Below, one piece after another: positions 18,237 through 28,027 of a DNA stretch of 53,284 nt. The notes beneath the pieces were generated by a model, which had not been told where the DNA came from, did no database searches, and saw only the letters and a list, made by a program, of their open reading frames with translations. How positions within the stretch are numbered: position 1 is the stretch's first letter; every line of letters begins with the position of its first letter. This DNA comes from an uncultured Gammaproteobacteria bacterium (lineage in GTDB: Bacteria; Patescibacteriota; Microgenomatia; Daviesbacterales; UBA10151), in NCBI GenBank assembly GCA_964362195.1, contig CAYICZ010000003.1, positions 1-53,284 of the forward strand. The letters are read 5' to 3'. Both the position numbers and the translations under genes were made by a program.

Positions 18237-19961
18237 TCATGCAATCTGAGCGCGTATTCTTCTGATTCCTGAGGAAATTGCTTCTTCTTTGGTAATTTTA
18301 ATTTTGCCAATCACTCCGGTGTGTTCAACATGAGGACCGCCACAAAATTCTAGCGAGTAATAACCACCTCTATCAGGCCCTATACCATAAAGACTAACCT
18401 TGTCTGCATATTTTTCATTAAATAAACCAATCGCATTCATTCTTTTTGCCTCATCTAGACTAACAATCATATGATCCACCTTTAAATCTTCTTGTATTTT
18501 TTTATTTATTATTTCCTCAGTTTTTTTAATTTCTTCATCAGTCATTTTTTCATCATAAGAAAAATCAAACCTTAATCGCTCACTCGTTATGTTTGAACCT
18601 TTTTGAAAAACGCTTGGCCCTAAAACATCCCGCAAAGCCTGGTGTAAAAGATGTGTGGCAGTGTGGTATTTAGTGACTACTTCACTGTGATCTGCCAATC
18701 CCCCTTTAAACATCCCTGCAGATTGTGTTCTTGAAAGTTCCCTGTGTTTTTCAAATTCTGCCCTAAATTGCTCACGATCCACCTGCTGACCTTTTTCTTT
18801 AAACAGTTCTTCAGTTAACTCTACAGGGAATCCATAAGTTTGGTATAAATCAAAGGCAATTTTTCCATCTATTTTTTCTATTTTCTCAACTTCTTTTAAA
18901 CCATGGTCCAGTGTTTTAGAAAACCGGTCAATTTCTTCTTTAATGACTTCTTTATTCACCTTAGTTAACTCTGATAATTTATCTAAATCACTTCCAAGCT
19001 GTTTCATTTTTACAGCCGAACGTCTGAGCAATCTTCTTAAGATATAACCTTGTAATTTATTTGAAGGCCTTACTCCATCAGCTATTAAAGCCACAGCTGC
19101 TCTCATGTGATCAGCAATAATTCTCATTTCATGAGAATTATCCGAATACTGATTGCCTGTAAATTCCTGAAGCAACTGAATTGTATTTTGGTAAATATCA
19201 ATCTTAAAAATATCCGGATTATTATTTGAGGCAGCTGTTAGTCTTTCTAACCCTCCCCCAAAATCTACATTTTTTTGGGAAAGTTCCTTTAATTTTCCAT
19301 CCTTTTTTTGATATTGGATAAAAACAGAATTGCCAATTTCTAAAAACCTGCCGCAATTACAGTTTGGGTGACAATCTTTGCCGTATTTTTCATCATGAGA
19401 AATACCAAAATCATAAAATACTTCACTATCTGGTCCGCCAATTTCTCCCTCCGGCATTTTATCTGGAGGGCCACTTCTTGACCACCAGTTTTTTTCTACA
19501 CCATAAAAATAAATATGGTCATCATTTAATCCCAAACTTTTATATATTTCATATGACTCGTTATCTTTTGGAACTGAATCATTTCCTTCAAAAACAGATA
19601 CATATAATTTTTCTTTTGGTAGTCCTAATTCTTTAGTTAAAAATTCCCAGAACCATTTTAACTGGTCTGCTTTAAAATAATCACCAAGTGACCAGTTTCC
19701 CAACATCTCAAAAAAAGTAGTATGTCTGTTATCTCCCACCTCTTCTATATCTTCTGCCCGGAAACAGGGTTGGGAATTAACCAGTCTTTTCCCTTCAGGG
19801 TGCTCTTGGCCTAAAAGATAGGGAACAAGCGGCTGCATGCCGGATGAGGTAAAAAGTGTAGTGGGGTCATTCTCCGGCACTAACTTTGCCGGCGCAATTT
19901 CTTTATGTCCTCTCTCCACAAAAAATTTAATAAATTTGTCTCTGATGGTTTTCGAATCCAT
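18237..19961 (-). CDS. alaS: Alanine-tRNA ligase, compact form without C-Ala
   Basis: TTLFTSSGMQP, RHTTFFEMLGNWSLGDYFK, DFGGGLER, HTATHLLHQAL and FCGGPH editing motifs. Confidence 0.97.
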   Translation of the reverse strand: MDSKTIRDKFIKFFVERGHKEIAPAKLVPENDPTTLFTSSGMQPLVPYLLGQEHPEGKRLVNSQPCFRAEDIEEVGDNRHTTFFEMLGNWSLGDYFKADQLKWFWEFLTKELGLPKEKLYVSVFEGNDSVPKDNESYEIYKSLGLNDDHIYFYGVEKNWWSRSGPPDKMPEGEIGGPDSEVFYDFGISHDEKYGKDCHPNCNCGRFLEIGNSVFIQYQKKDGKLKELSQKNVDFGGGLERLTAASNNNPDIFKIDIYQNTIQLLQEFTGNQYSDNSHEMRIIADHMRAAVALIADGVRPSNKLQGYILRRLLRRSAVKMKQLGSDLDKLSELTKVNKEVIKEEIDRFSKTLDHGLKEVEKIEKIDGKIAFDLYQTYGFPVELTEELFKEKGQQVDREQFRAEFEKHRELSRTQSAGMFKGGLADHSEVVTKYHTATHLLHQALRDVLGPSVFQKGSNITSERLRFDFSYDEKMTDEEIKKTEEIINKKIQEDLKVDHMIVSLDEAKRMNAIGLFNEKYADKVSLYGIGPDRGGYYSLEFCGGPHVEHTGVIGKIKITKEEAISSGIRRIRAQIA

Positions 19962-19975
19962 GAAGGTATTATACC

Positions 19976-20233
19976 CTAGAGTACCTTTTTATAGAATCTT
20001 TTAGGTTTTAGTTTAGAACCTTTTTTAATAAGCCCTGTGACCAAAGATGAGGTTGTCCCAATTGGTTTTTCGATATCCTCTGCCAAATCTTCACCGGTTT
20101 TTAAAACTTTATTTAATTTATTTAAAGCTTTTTTTAAATCTCTTAAAATAAAAAATACCTGAATTCCTGTAATGCTTAAAAATATAGATAAAAGTAATAT
20201 TAAAAATACTAAGGCAATCTGCAGGAAATCCAT
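19976..20233 (-). CDS. Small membrane protein (TM plus coiled coil, DUF948-like)
   Basis: N-terminal hydrophobic helix, then LRDLKKALNKLNKVL coiled coil; a -10 hexamer lies 8 nt upstream. Confidence 0.6.
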   Translation of the reverse strand: MDFLQIALVFLILLLSIFLSITGIQVFFILRDLKKALNKLNKVLKTGEDLAEDIEKPIGTTSSLVTGLIKKGSKLKPKRFYKKVL

Positions 20234-20252
20234 AGGCTATCAATATACCATA

Positions 20253-20891
20253 CTAGCGTTTTAGAAAAACAGTTCTTTCTATCTTTGTTTCTTTCCCGCT
20301 TTTGGAAGTTGAGACAATAACAATACTATTTACATTATCAGATAATTTCATTTCCTGGGAAAATTTCCCGGATGAATCAACCTGGATTTCCTGATTGTTT
20401 ATTGTCACCTTTGCCTCTGTATCTGTTCTTCCTAAAACTGTCACTTCTGCCTCAGACACACTTTGTTGATCAAGCGGTGCTTGTACTTCCAAAAATGGTG
20501 CTCCTACTAAAAATCTATATTCAAACCAAAGGTAGGCAAAAAAAATTATGATTAGAACTAAAATAGTTGAACCTAAGGCTTTGGCCGGGGTTATTTTAAA
20601 TTTTCTTTTATCTAAAGGGTTGCTGAAAGACTCCAAAATTCTTGGTGGATTTTTCCCTTCAGAAAATTCCCTTCTATAAACTGCCAGGAGCTTTTCCGTA
20701 TTCAGCCCCAAGAATTTTCCGTAATTCTTGATAAATCCCTGGACAAATGTTTGAGGCGGGAGTTTTTGATATTGACCATCCTCCAAAGCAGATAAAAGTT
20801 CTTTTCTAATTTTGGTAGCTTTTTCTATTTCATCAAGAGTATAAAATTTTCTTTCTCTTTCTTCTTTTAAAACTTGTCCAACAGTTCTCAT
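20253..20891 (-). CDS. RodZ-like HTH membrane protein
   Basis: TVGQVLKEER...TLDEIEKATKIRKELLSALE...FVQGFIKNYGKFLGL, a TM, and a C-terminal Ig-like domain; near ftsK. Confidence 0.8.
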   Translation of the reverse strand: MRTVGQVLKEERERKFYTLDEIEKATKIRKELLSALEDGQYQKLPPQTFVQGFIKNYGKFLGLNTEKLLAVYRREFSEGKNPPRILESFSNPLDKRKFKITPAKALGSTILVLIIIFFAYLWFEYRFLVGAPFLEVQAPLDQQSVSEAEVTVLGRTDTEAKVTINNQEIQVDSSGKFSQEMKLSDNVNSIVIVSTSKSGKETKIERTVFLKR

Positions 20892-21418
20892 AGTTTAAAT
20901 TCTCCCTGTCTTAATATTTTTGTTGATCCGTCATTATTTAGTTTAATTAATGTTGAAGGCTTTGAGATAATTTTTCCTTTGTCAATATAACACAAAACAT
21001 TATTCCCAAAATATTTCTTGACTTCACCAATATCTTCAGCGGGTTTTTCTCCTTCAAAATTTGCAGAAGGTGCAACTAACGGTCCAACTTTTTTTAAAAG
21101 TTGCAAAAGCTTTTCATTTTTTGGCATTCTAAATGCCAAACTTTTTTTACCAGAGGGTAAAATTATACTTACAGGATTGGGCCAAATATTTTTTAAAAAA
21201 TCAATCTGCTTTTTAGTTAGCTCAATATTAAATTGATTCAAATCATTTAAAGAGGAGATTAAAATAATAAAAGGTTTTTTCTTTGATCTTTTTCTTAATT
21301 TATAAATTCTTTTAACTGTTTGGGGATTTAGAGCAGAGCCCACTATTCCATAAATAGTATCTGTTGGTATTACAGCTATTCCACCATTGTTTAATACACT
21401 TACCAATTTTTCATCCAT
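20888..21418 (-). CDS. tsaC: Threonylcarbamoyl-AMP synthase (YrdC/TsaC, short form)
   Basis: IPTDTIYG, KRSKKKP, WPNP, APSANFEG, PST. Confidence 0.92.
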   Translation of the reverse strand: MDEKLVSVLNNGGIAVIPTDTIYGIVGSALNPQTVKRIYKLRKRSKKKPFIILISSLNDLNQFNIELTKKQIDFLKNIWPNPVSIILPSGKKSLAFRMPKNEKLLQLLKKVGPLVAPSANFEGEKPAEDIGEVKKYFGNNVLCYIDKGKIISKPSTLIKLNNDGSTKILRQGEFKL

Positions 21419-21428
21419 GGAGAAGATT

Positions 21429-21794
21429 TTACCCCCTTGATTGTTTTCTTGCCAGAGGAAAATGAATTAAAAATAAAATAGATCCGACTAAAGTAAAAGT
21501 GATGGCATTTTTTAAATCATCAATTTTTTGCTGTTTGCTTAAGGCCATATCCTGTTTTAGACAATCCTGTTTTTGTTTTTCTAACTCGCTGGCAGAAGGG
21601 GAGGCAGGAGTTGGGGCACCAAATTTATAGGGATATCCCTCGCAACTTCCCTGTGGATAACGCAGAGGATATTTTTCATATTGGGTTATATTAATTCCAA
21701 AATTTACCGCATTAAAAATCCCAATCACAATTAAAGCCAACGATGCAGCCGAGATAATATAAAAATAAATAGTAGCAATTGTTTTCCCTGACAT
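21429..21794 (-). CDS. Two-TM membrane protein (DUF5671-like)
   Basis: IYFYIISAASLALIVIG...LVGSILFLIHF; the loop contains two Cys. Confidence 0.55.
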   Translation of the reverse strand: MSGKTIATIYFYIISAASLALIVIGIFNAVNFGINITQYEKYPLRYPQGSCEGYPYKFGAPTPASPSASELEKQKQDCLKQDMALSKQQKIDDLKNAITFTLVGSILFLIHFPLARKQSRG

Positions 21795-21796
21795 AA

Positions 21797-23899
21797 TTAG
21801 CTTTCAGTTCCTCCAGCTTGGGAAGCAAAATAGTCATCGGCATTTTTAACTAACACATCTCTGGGTTTTGATCCTTCACCCACTCCTACAATTCCTGCTT
21901 CTTCCAGCTCATCTAAAATCCTGGCAGCCCTGGCATAGCCAACTTTTAATCTTCTTTGAAGTAGCGAGGCCGAAGCCCGATCATATTGGCAAACAGTCCT
22001 GACAGCTTCTTCAAACAAATCATCCCTTTCTCCTGTATTTCCACCTCTTCCTCCAAACCTTCCCAAAGGCATTTCTGTCACCTCTGCTGTAAACTCAGGA
22101 GTAATTCCTGTTGATTTTAAGTATTTAATTAAATTATTAATCTCATCATCCTGCAGAAATACTCCCTGAATACGTATAGGCTTGCTGGCATCAGGAGGCA
22201 AAAATAACATATCACCCCTGCCCAGTAATTTTTCAGCACCCGGCCCATCCAAAATAACCCTGGAGTCAATCATAGATGAAACATTAAAAGCAATCCGACA
22301 GGGGATGTTTGCCTTAATAAGTCCGGTTATAACATCAACTGATGGCCGCTGGGTTGCTATTACTAAATGAATACCCGTAGCTCTGGCAAGTTGAGCAATC
22401 CTGGTGATTGAATCCTCAATTTCAACCGGTGCAAACATCATCAAATCCGCTAGTTCGTCAACAATAATCACAATATAAGGCAGGGCTTGAAATCCTGACA
22501 TCTCATTATACCCGGTGATATTTCTGACTCCAACTGACTGGAACAGCTTATACCTTCTATCCATTTCAGCCATTGACCACTTCAGAGCTGAGAGGATTTT
22601 TTCCGGCTCAGTAATAACAGGGGTCAACAGGTGGGGAATTCCGTTAAAGTTGGTTAGTTCTACTCTTTTCGGATCAATCAATATTAATTTTAACTCATCA
22701 GGGGAGTTTCTAAAAAGCAAAGAGGCAATGATTGAATTTAACATCACTGATTTTCCAGAACCCGTTGTTCCGGCAATTAATACATGGGGCATTTTATCCA
22801 AATCAACGACCATTGAACGGGATGAAGTATCACGCCCCAAAGCCACAGCCAGCTTTGACTTATGTTTTTGCATTTCATCTGAAGCTAAAACGCCTTTTAA
22901 GCCAACTACTTCCAAAGACCTGTTCGGTACCTCAATACCAACTAAGGATTTTCCCGGAATTGGTGCCTCAATCCTGACAGTTCCTGTTGGTGTTGCCAAA
23001 GACAGGGCAATATCATGCTGCAGATTGGCAATTTTGGAAATTTTAGTACCGGCTGAAATACGCAGGGCATATTGAGTCACTGCCGGCCCGCCATTCACCT
23101 CTGCCACATCTGCCTGTATTCCAAATGAATCCAGAGTTTTTTCTATAATATCTGCACTTTTTTTAATATCACCCCGATCAGCTTGAGAACCAACTTTCTC
23201 AGAGAGCAAATTCAAAGTCGGATATTTCCAGACTGCAGACTTTCCAGCCACATTTTGTACCAGCGTATCTGCTAAAATTACCCCTTTTTGAGGCGGGTTA
23301 AGTTTTGTAGAAACTGATGGTCTCTCATCAACTCCTGAGACTTTAATAGGAATATTTTTGGCTTCAAAAGTTCGCTTTCTATTAAATAAAGGTTTGATAA
23401 GTCCTGAAACAGCGCTAAAAATGACCACAAATATTTTAAATATTTGCTGCAATGAAGTATTAAATAACACCACCAGTCCCACTAAAAATACCAACACTAA
23501 GATGGCTCCTGCTCCTGGCGGAGTTACAAATGAGGAAAGCTGTATCCATAAATTTAAGCCAATACTGCCGGCTTGATCTGGTTTTAATCCTCCGGTGATT
23601 CCTACTAAAGATATTAAACTTAAAATAAATCCCAACAGAACATTAAGTTGAGCTAGTCTAAATCTGGCTCTGGTTAGGGTAAGGCCAACAAGCGTAAAAA
23701 GAATTGGTGACAAAATTTTTGCCCAACCCAAATTTTCAATTAAAAAATCCCTCCAGAAGTTAAGTGTTTGCAAATGAGTAGCAATAGTTACCAAAGACAA
23801 AATAGCCAATCCAAAGGCAACCAAAGTCCCGACAGCAGTAATTGTTTTTTGTTTTAATCTTAATTTAGGTAATTTATAAATGGATCTACGTCTTGCCAT
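21797..23899 (-). CDS. ftsK: FtsK/SpoIIIE DNA translocase
   Basis: N-terminal TMs, HVLIAGTTGSGKS, IVDELADLM, ATQRPS, gamma domain SASLLQRRLKVGYARAARI. Confidence 0.97.
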   Translation of the reverse strand: MARRRSIYKLPKLRLKQKTITAVGTLVAFGLAILSLVTIATHLQTLNFWRDFLIENLGWAKILSPILFTLVGLTLTRARFRLAQLNVLLGFILSLISLVGITGGLKPDQAGSIGLNLWIQLSSFVTPPGAGAILVLVFLVGLVVLFNTSLQQIFKIFVVIFSAVSGLIKPLFNRKRTFEAKNIPIKVSGVDERPSVSTKLNPPQKGVILADTLVQNVAGKSAVWKYPTLNLLSEKVGSQADRGDIKKSADIIEKTLDSFGIQADVAEVNGGPAVTQYALRISAGTKISKIANLQHDIALSLATPTGTVRIEAPIPGKSLVGIEVPNRSLEVVGLKGVLASDEMQKHKSKLAVALGRDTSSRSMVVDLDKMPHVLIAGTTGSGKSVMLNSIIASLLFRNSPDELKLILIDPKRVELTNFNGIPHLLTPVITEPEKILSALKWSMAEMDRRYKLFQSVGVRNITGYNEMSGFQALPYIVIIVDELADLMMFAPVEIEDSITRIAQLARATGIHLVIATQRPSVDVITGLIKANIPCRIAFNVSSMIDSRVILDGPGAEKLLGRGDMLFLPPDASKPIRIQGVFLQDDEINNLIKYLKSTGITPEFTAEVTEMPLGRFGGRGGNTGERDDLFEEAVRTVCQYDRASASLLQRRLKVGYARAARILDELEEAGIVGVGEGSKPRDVLVKNADDYFASQAGGTES

Positions 23900-23929
23900 A
23901 AAATTAATTATACCACACTTACTATGGGG

Positions 23930-25633
23930 TTATACTTCTACTACAACCGGTAAAATAAGCGGTCTCCTTTCTGTTGCTTCATATAAAAATTGCCCCAGCG
24001 ATTCCTCAATCATTTTTCTTAAAAAATGCCAGTCCACGCTTTTGCGGCTGTGGGTTTCCAAAGTTGTCCTGACAAGTTGCTTTGCCTCATCCAGCAGCTT
24101 TGCCGCCATTTCTTCAAAAACAAATCCCCTGGATAATATATCCGGGTCGGCATTTAGCTTTCCGGTGTGCTGATCAACAGACACCACAACTACCACCACT
24201 CCCTCCTCACTCATCTTTTGCCTGTCCCGCAAAATCACATGTCCAATGTCCCCAATACCTAATCCATCAACGTAGATATTTTGTACATCGATTGAATCAG
24301 CAAGAAGCTTAACTTCATCTTTTTTCATCTCTATGATGCTGCCATCTTCCGCATCAATAATTTGTTTTTTATCATAACCCATATCTTGGACCATTTTAGA
24401 AAAAATACTCATATGCCTGAATGTTCCGCCAATAGGCAGGATAAATTTAGGTTTTATTAAATTAATCATAAGTTTTAACTCATCCTGAGCTGCATGCCCG
24501 GAAACATGTAAATCCGAAGTAATTGATGAAGCAATCACATCCACTCCAAGACGGGTTAGCGAATCTATCAGCGAATTTTGAGCAGATTCTGTAGAAGGAA
24601 TCGGGTCTGCAGAAAACATCACACAATCACCCGTCTCTAACTTAACTTGTTTATGTTCTTCATTGGCAGCTCTGGAAAGGGATGACTCAGGCTGACCTTG
24701 TGAACCGGCAATCAAAATCATCACTTTATTTGCAGCATAAGAGTTTATGGCATCAGGAGCAATAATAATTCCTGGCGGAACTTTTAAGTATCCTAAATCC
24801 CGGGAAACCTGAAAATTCTTTTCAAAAGATCTTCCCACAACCGCCACTTTCCGTCCTAATTTTGCTGCCACATTCATTGCCTGCTGCATGCGGGACACAT
24901 TAGATGAAGTCATGGTAATTAACAGTTTTCCTGAAGTATCCAGGACTGCTTTTTCAAATGTCCCTTCGATTGATTTTTCTGATTTATTAAATCCGGGTTT
25001 ATCTGATCTTAAACAATCAATTAATAGTAAATTAACTCCTTCTTCTCCCAATATTGCCGCAGCTCCCACATCTGTCACCTGTCCTGAAACCGGAGTCCAG
25101 TCTATTTTAAAATCAGCCTGATGAATTATTGTCCCCACTGGAGTTTTTAAAACAATACCAGTGGAATCCGGCACAGAATGGGACACTTGATAAAAAGATA
25201 CTTTAAAGTTACCAAATTCCAGTTTTTGATCAACTTTAACCTCGAAGATCTTATTTGTTGGTAGACTTGCTTCCTGAAATTTGTTTCGGATAAAACCGGC
25301 TGTTAAACGTTGGGTATAAATTGGCACTTGCAACTCCGGCCAAATAAAGGGGAGTCCGCCAATATGGTCTTCATGTCCATGAGTTATTAAAATGGCTCTA
25401 ATATTGTTTATTTTTGAGCGAAGATAAGAAATATCAGGGATCACCAAATCAACTCCCGGCATGCCTTCATCCGGAAATCCCACTCCGCAATCAATAATTA
25501 TAATGTCGTTTCCATATTCATAAACATACATATTTTTAGTTACATCTCCAACACCACCAAGCGGGATTAATTTCAAAGACTGGTTGCCGGTATTAAATTG
25601 CGGTATGTTAAATTTTGGTTTAAATGTTTTCAC
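23930..25633 (-). CDS. rnj: Ribonuclease J
   Basis: GTG start; LIPLGGVGDVTKNM, ITHGHEDHIGG, SHSVPD, DFKID, HVSGHA. Confidence 0.96.
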   Translation of the reverse strand: MKTFKPKFNIPQFNTGNQSLKLIPLGGVGDVTKNMYVYEYGNDIIIIDCGVGFPDEGMPGVDLVIPDISYLRSKINNIRAILITHGHEDHIGGLPFIWPELQVPIYTQRLTAGFIRNKFQEASLPTNKIFEVKVDQKLEFGNFKVSFYQVSHSVPDSTGIVLKTPVGTIIHQADFKIDWTPVSGQVTDVGAAAILGEEGVNLLLIDCLRSDKPGFNKSEKSIEGTFEKAVLDTSGKLLITMTSSNVSRMQQAMNVAAKLGRKVAVVGRSFEKNFQVSRDLGYLKVPPGIIIAPDAINSYAANKVMILIAGSQGQPESSLSRAANEEHKQVKLETGDCVMFSADPIPSTESAQNSLIDSLTRLGVDVIASSITSDLHVSGHAAQDELKLMINLIKPKFILPIGGTFRHMSIFSKMVQDMGYDKKQIIDAEDGSIIEMKKDEVKLLADSIDVQNIYVDGLGIGDIGHVILRDRQKMSEEGVVVVVVSVDQHTGKLNADPDILSRGFVFEEMAAKLLDEAKQLVRTTLETHSRKSVDWHFLRKMIEESLGQFLYEATERRPLILPVVVEV

Positions 25634-26649
25634 GATAAGTATTCTCCAAGGTTTTCCTTAGAAATTTTAAATGGTCCTTTTTCTCCTTCTACTAACTTTC
25701 TGGCAACTTTGCGGCAAATTCCCTGAAGGCTTCTTTGCAGCGATCTAATTCCACCGTCAAAGCCCAAGGGTCTGATAATCTGAGGCCAGATTATATCATC
25801 TATTACCAGAACTGCTCTGTCCAGGCCTGATTCATCTATGGCTTTAGGCAGTAAATATGCCCTGCCTATAGTCAGCTTTTCCTCATCTGAGTATGAAGGC
25901 ATCGCAATTGGCTCCAGTCTATCCAAAACAGCTGTTGCTATATTTGCTGTGTTATTGGCAGTTGCTATAAATAACACCTGAGATAAATCATAAGGAAAAT
26001 CCAGGAAGTGGTCAACAAAACTCTTGTTTTGAGCCGGATCCAAAAGCTCAACCAAAACCCCCATTAAATCAGTCCTACTTTCAACTGCTACCCTGTCTAT
26101 TTCATCAAGTAAAATTACAGGATTTGAAACTTTAGCAACTTTTATTGCCTTTGTAATTTGTCCTGCCTCCCCTCCGTCTTGTCCTCTTACCTGTCCTCTT
26201 AAAGTAGCCGGATCTCCTAAACCTCCAAAAGGAATTCTCACTATTGGTCTTCCCAAAGTCTCAGCAATAGACTCTGCCAAAGATGTCTTACCAGTTCCAA
26301 CTAAACCAACCAACAATAAAATGGGAGCATGGAAACTTACGCTTGCATTCTTTTGTTTATGTAAAATTAAAACTGATAAATATTCCAAAACTCTATCTTT
26401 AACAGATTGTAAACCATAGTGATTTTTATCCAAAATCTGCTTAGCCCTTTGTATATCCAAAATATCTTGAGAATATTTATCAAATGGCAAACTCAAGACA
26501 AAATTAACATATGCCATTAATTTTTCCAACTCCACACCAACTCCTGGAAATTTTAAAAGATTAAGTAATTTTTCAGATATATCAAGAGGTAACTTTGTTT
26601 GAGTAATTTTAACTCTTAACTCTTCAATTATATTTAGGGCAGAATCCAT
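25630..26649 (-). CDS. Lon-family AAA+ ATPase module without protease domain
   Basis: LDKNHYGLQSVKDRVLEYL, Walker A GLVGTGKTS, Walker B LLDEID, FVDHFLDFPYDLSQVLFIATAN, LDRLE. Ends before the Ser-Lys domain. Start placed at ATG 26649, with a -10 hexamer 7 nt upstream. Confidence 0.88.
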   Translation of the reverse strand: MDSALNIIEELRVKITQTKLPLDISEKLLNLLKFPGVGVELEKLMAYVNFVLSLPFDKYSQDILDIQRAKQILDKNHYGLQSVKDRVLEYLSVLILHKQKNASVSFHAPILLLVGLVGTGKTSLAESIAETLGRPIVRIPFGGLGDPATLRGQVRGQDGGEAGQITKAIKVAKVSNPVILLDEIDRVAVESRTDLMGVLVELLDPAQNKSFVDHFLDFPYDLSQVLFIATANNTANIATAVLDRLEPIAMPSYSDEEKLTIGRAYLLPKAIDESGLDRAVLVIDDIIWPQIIRPLGFDGGIRSLQRSLQGICRKVARKLVEGEKGPFKISKENLGEYLS

Positions 26650-26746
26650 GCTTCCTATTCTACCCTTTGCAAAGCAAACGGGCAAGGTTCTTGAGCAAAG
26701 CGAAAGGTTCTTACCTCAAACCCTCTAGTTTCCCAAGAGGAGAGTT

Positions 26747-27280
26747 TTATCTGTATTGCATTAAATTTTCACTTAAAATAGCCAAGATTTCGGGCTCAGT
26801 CTCTGCGGGCAATCTATCTTCATGAGTCTGTACAACAAATTTCGCCAATGGGACACTTAAATCTAAATGCGATGCAACATGTATTGATCCTTCGCTATCC
26901 TTCCCCTCAAGATCCATCATGATATCTCCATAAGAGGTATTCATTCTTAAATATACCGCTGAAATTTTTCCAATTCTTGCTGAAAATTTTTGTTCATCCA
27001 TGAAATCTTCCAAAGTTTCCACCTCACCCTTTCCTTCAGAATCTAATATCATTATTGATGGCGGAAAAGCCTTACCGCTTTCAACTGTTGCTGGTTCATC
27101 TCCTAATGTATCTTTCAAAGTTGCCAAAAATTCCCTGGTTCTTTGAAAAAGTTCCCCATTCGGCAAGGAGGTTGACCATTGAAGTTTAAAATAGTCTGGT
27201 TTGGTTTCTAAAGAGCCTAATTGACGGCCTGCTATTATAACCTGTGCAACTGCTTCTACCATAATCGGGGATACTACCAT
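26747..27280 (-). CDS. Hypothetical protein (about 177 aa)
   Basis: Open frame with globular composition. Start placed at MVVSP (27280) because the longer ORF overlaps the divergent TA promoter and gene. Confidence 0.55.
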   Translation of the reverse strand: MVVSPIMVEAVAQVIIAGRQLGSLETKPDYFKLQWSTSLPNGELFQRTREFLATLKDTLGDEPATVESGKAFPPSIMILDSEGKGEVETLEDFMDEQKFSARIGKISAVYLRMNTSYGDIMMDLEGKDSEGSIHVASHLDLSVPLAKFVVQTHEDRLPAETEPEILAILSENLMQYR

Positions 27281-27333
27281 GAAGTTTTTTAAAAAGCAAG
27301 TTTGACGGTTAAAGCTGCCGCCTTTTTGATTAA

Positions 27334-27370
27334 TTGACAAGGAAAATCTTTTGTAATACAATATGTTACA
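27334..27370 (+). promoter_or_regulatory. Promoter and inverted-repeat operator of the RHH-PIN module
   Basis: TTGACA (27334-39), 17 nt, TACAAT (27357-62). TGTAA-N9-TTACA (27352-27370) overlaps the -10. Confidence 0.7.
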
Positions 27371-27371
27371 T

Positions 27372-27602
27372 ATGCAAACACAGCAAAGGGCAATTATGAA
27401 CATTTCCATGCCTCCTGCTATGGCAAAAAGGGTAACTAAAATGGCCAAAGAAGAAAATAAAACTAAAAGTGAATTTATAAGAAAAGCTATCAGAATTTAT
27501 GAGTTTAAAAGGGATTGGGCAAAGATTAGAGCTTGGGGAAGGGAAACAGCTCGTAAGATGAATATTAGGACATATGATGATGTTGAGCGGATTGCTGGAT
27601 GA
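27372..27602 (+). CDS. CopG/RHH antitoxin
   Basis: IMNISMPPAMAKRVTKMAKEENKTKSEFIRKAI is a ribbon-helix-helix. Start placed at 27372, downstream of the -10. Confidence 0.85.
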   Translation: MQTQQRAIMNISMPPAMAKRVTKMAKEENKTKSEFIRKAIRIYEFKRDWAKIRAWGRETARKMNIRTYDDVERIAG

Positions 27603-28027
27603 GGATAGTTTTAGATACTAATGTTTATATTGGGGCAGCTCTTCAAGGAGAGTTAACAGAGGATATTCTAGAGTGGATAACTGAAAATCCAGATGTTTAT
27701 CTAATAATTTCAGAAGAAATACTACTTGAGATAGAACGAAAACTCCAGGAAAAATTTCACTGGTCAGCAGAAAGAATCGTGCTTTTTCTAAACAGAATTA
27801 GAAAACTAGCTGAGATAGTAACACCAATTGAAAAATTAGATATTATTAAAAGAGACCCTAAAGATAACAAGATTTTGGAATGTAGCTTAGCAGGAAATGC
27901 TGATTTAATTGTAACTGCAGATCAAGACCTGATTAAGCTGAAAAGTTTTAAAGGAATTGGAATTATTCATCCAAAAACCTTTTCCTGGACATTTCCAGAA
28001 TATTTTAAGAAGATTAAAGAAAATTAG
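27599..28027 (+). CDS. PIN-family toxin (VapC-like)
   Basis: MRIVLDTNVYIGA, ILLEI, RDPKDNKILECSLAGNADLIVTADQDL. Confidence 0.92.
   Translation: MRIVLDTNVYIGAALQGELTEDILEWITENPDVYLIISEEILLEIERKLQEKFHWSAERIVLFLNRIRKLAEIVTPIEKLDIIKRDPKDNKILECSLAGNADLIVTADQDLIKLKSFKGIGIIHPKTFSWTFPEYFKKIKEN

Noticed and set aside
18237-19961. alaS as a truncated pseudogene
   Set aside because: Catalytic and editing motifs are intact and the frame is clean; AlaRS without C-Ala fits a reduced genome.
26747-27448. Head-to-head overlap of the 233-aa ORF with the RHH antitoxin gene
   Set aside because: The N-terminal extension is the antisense of the TA promoter and gene; the start at 27280 is more plausible.
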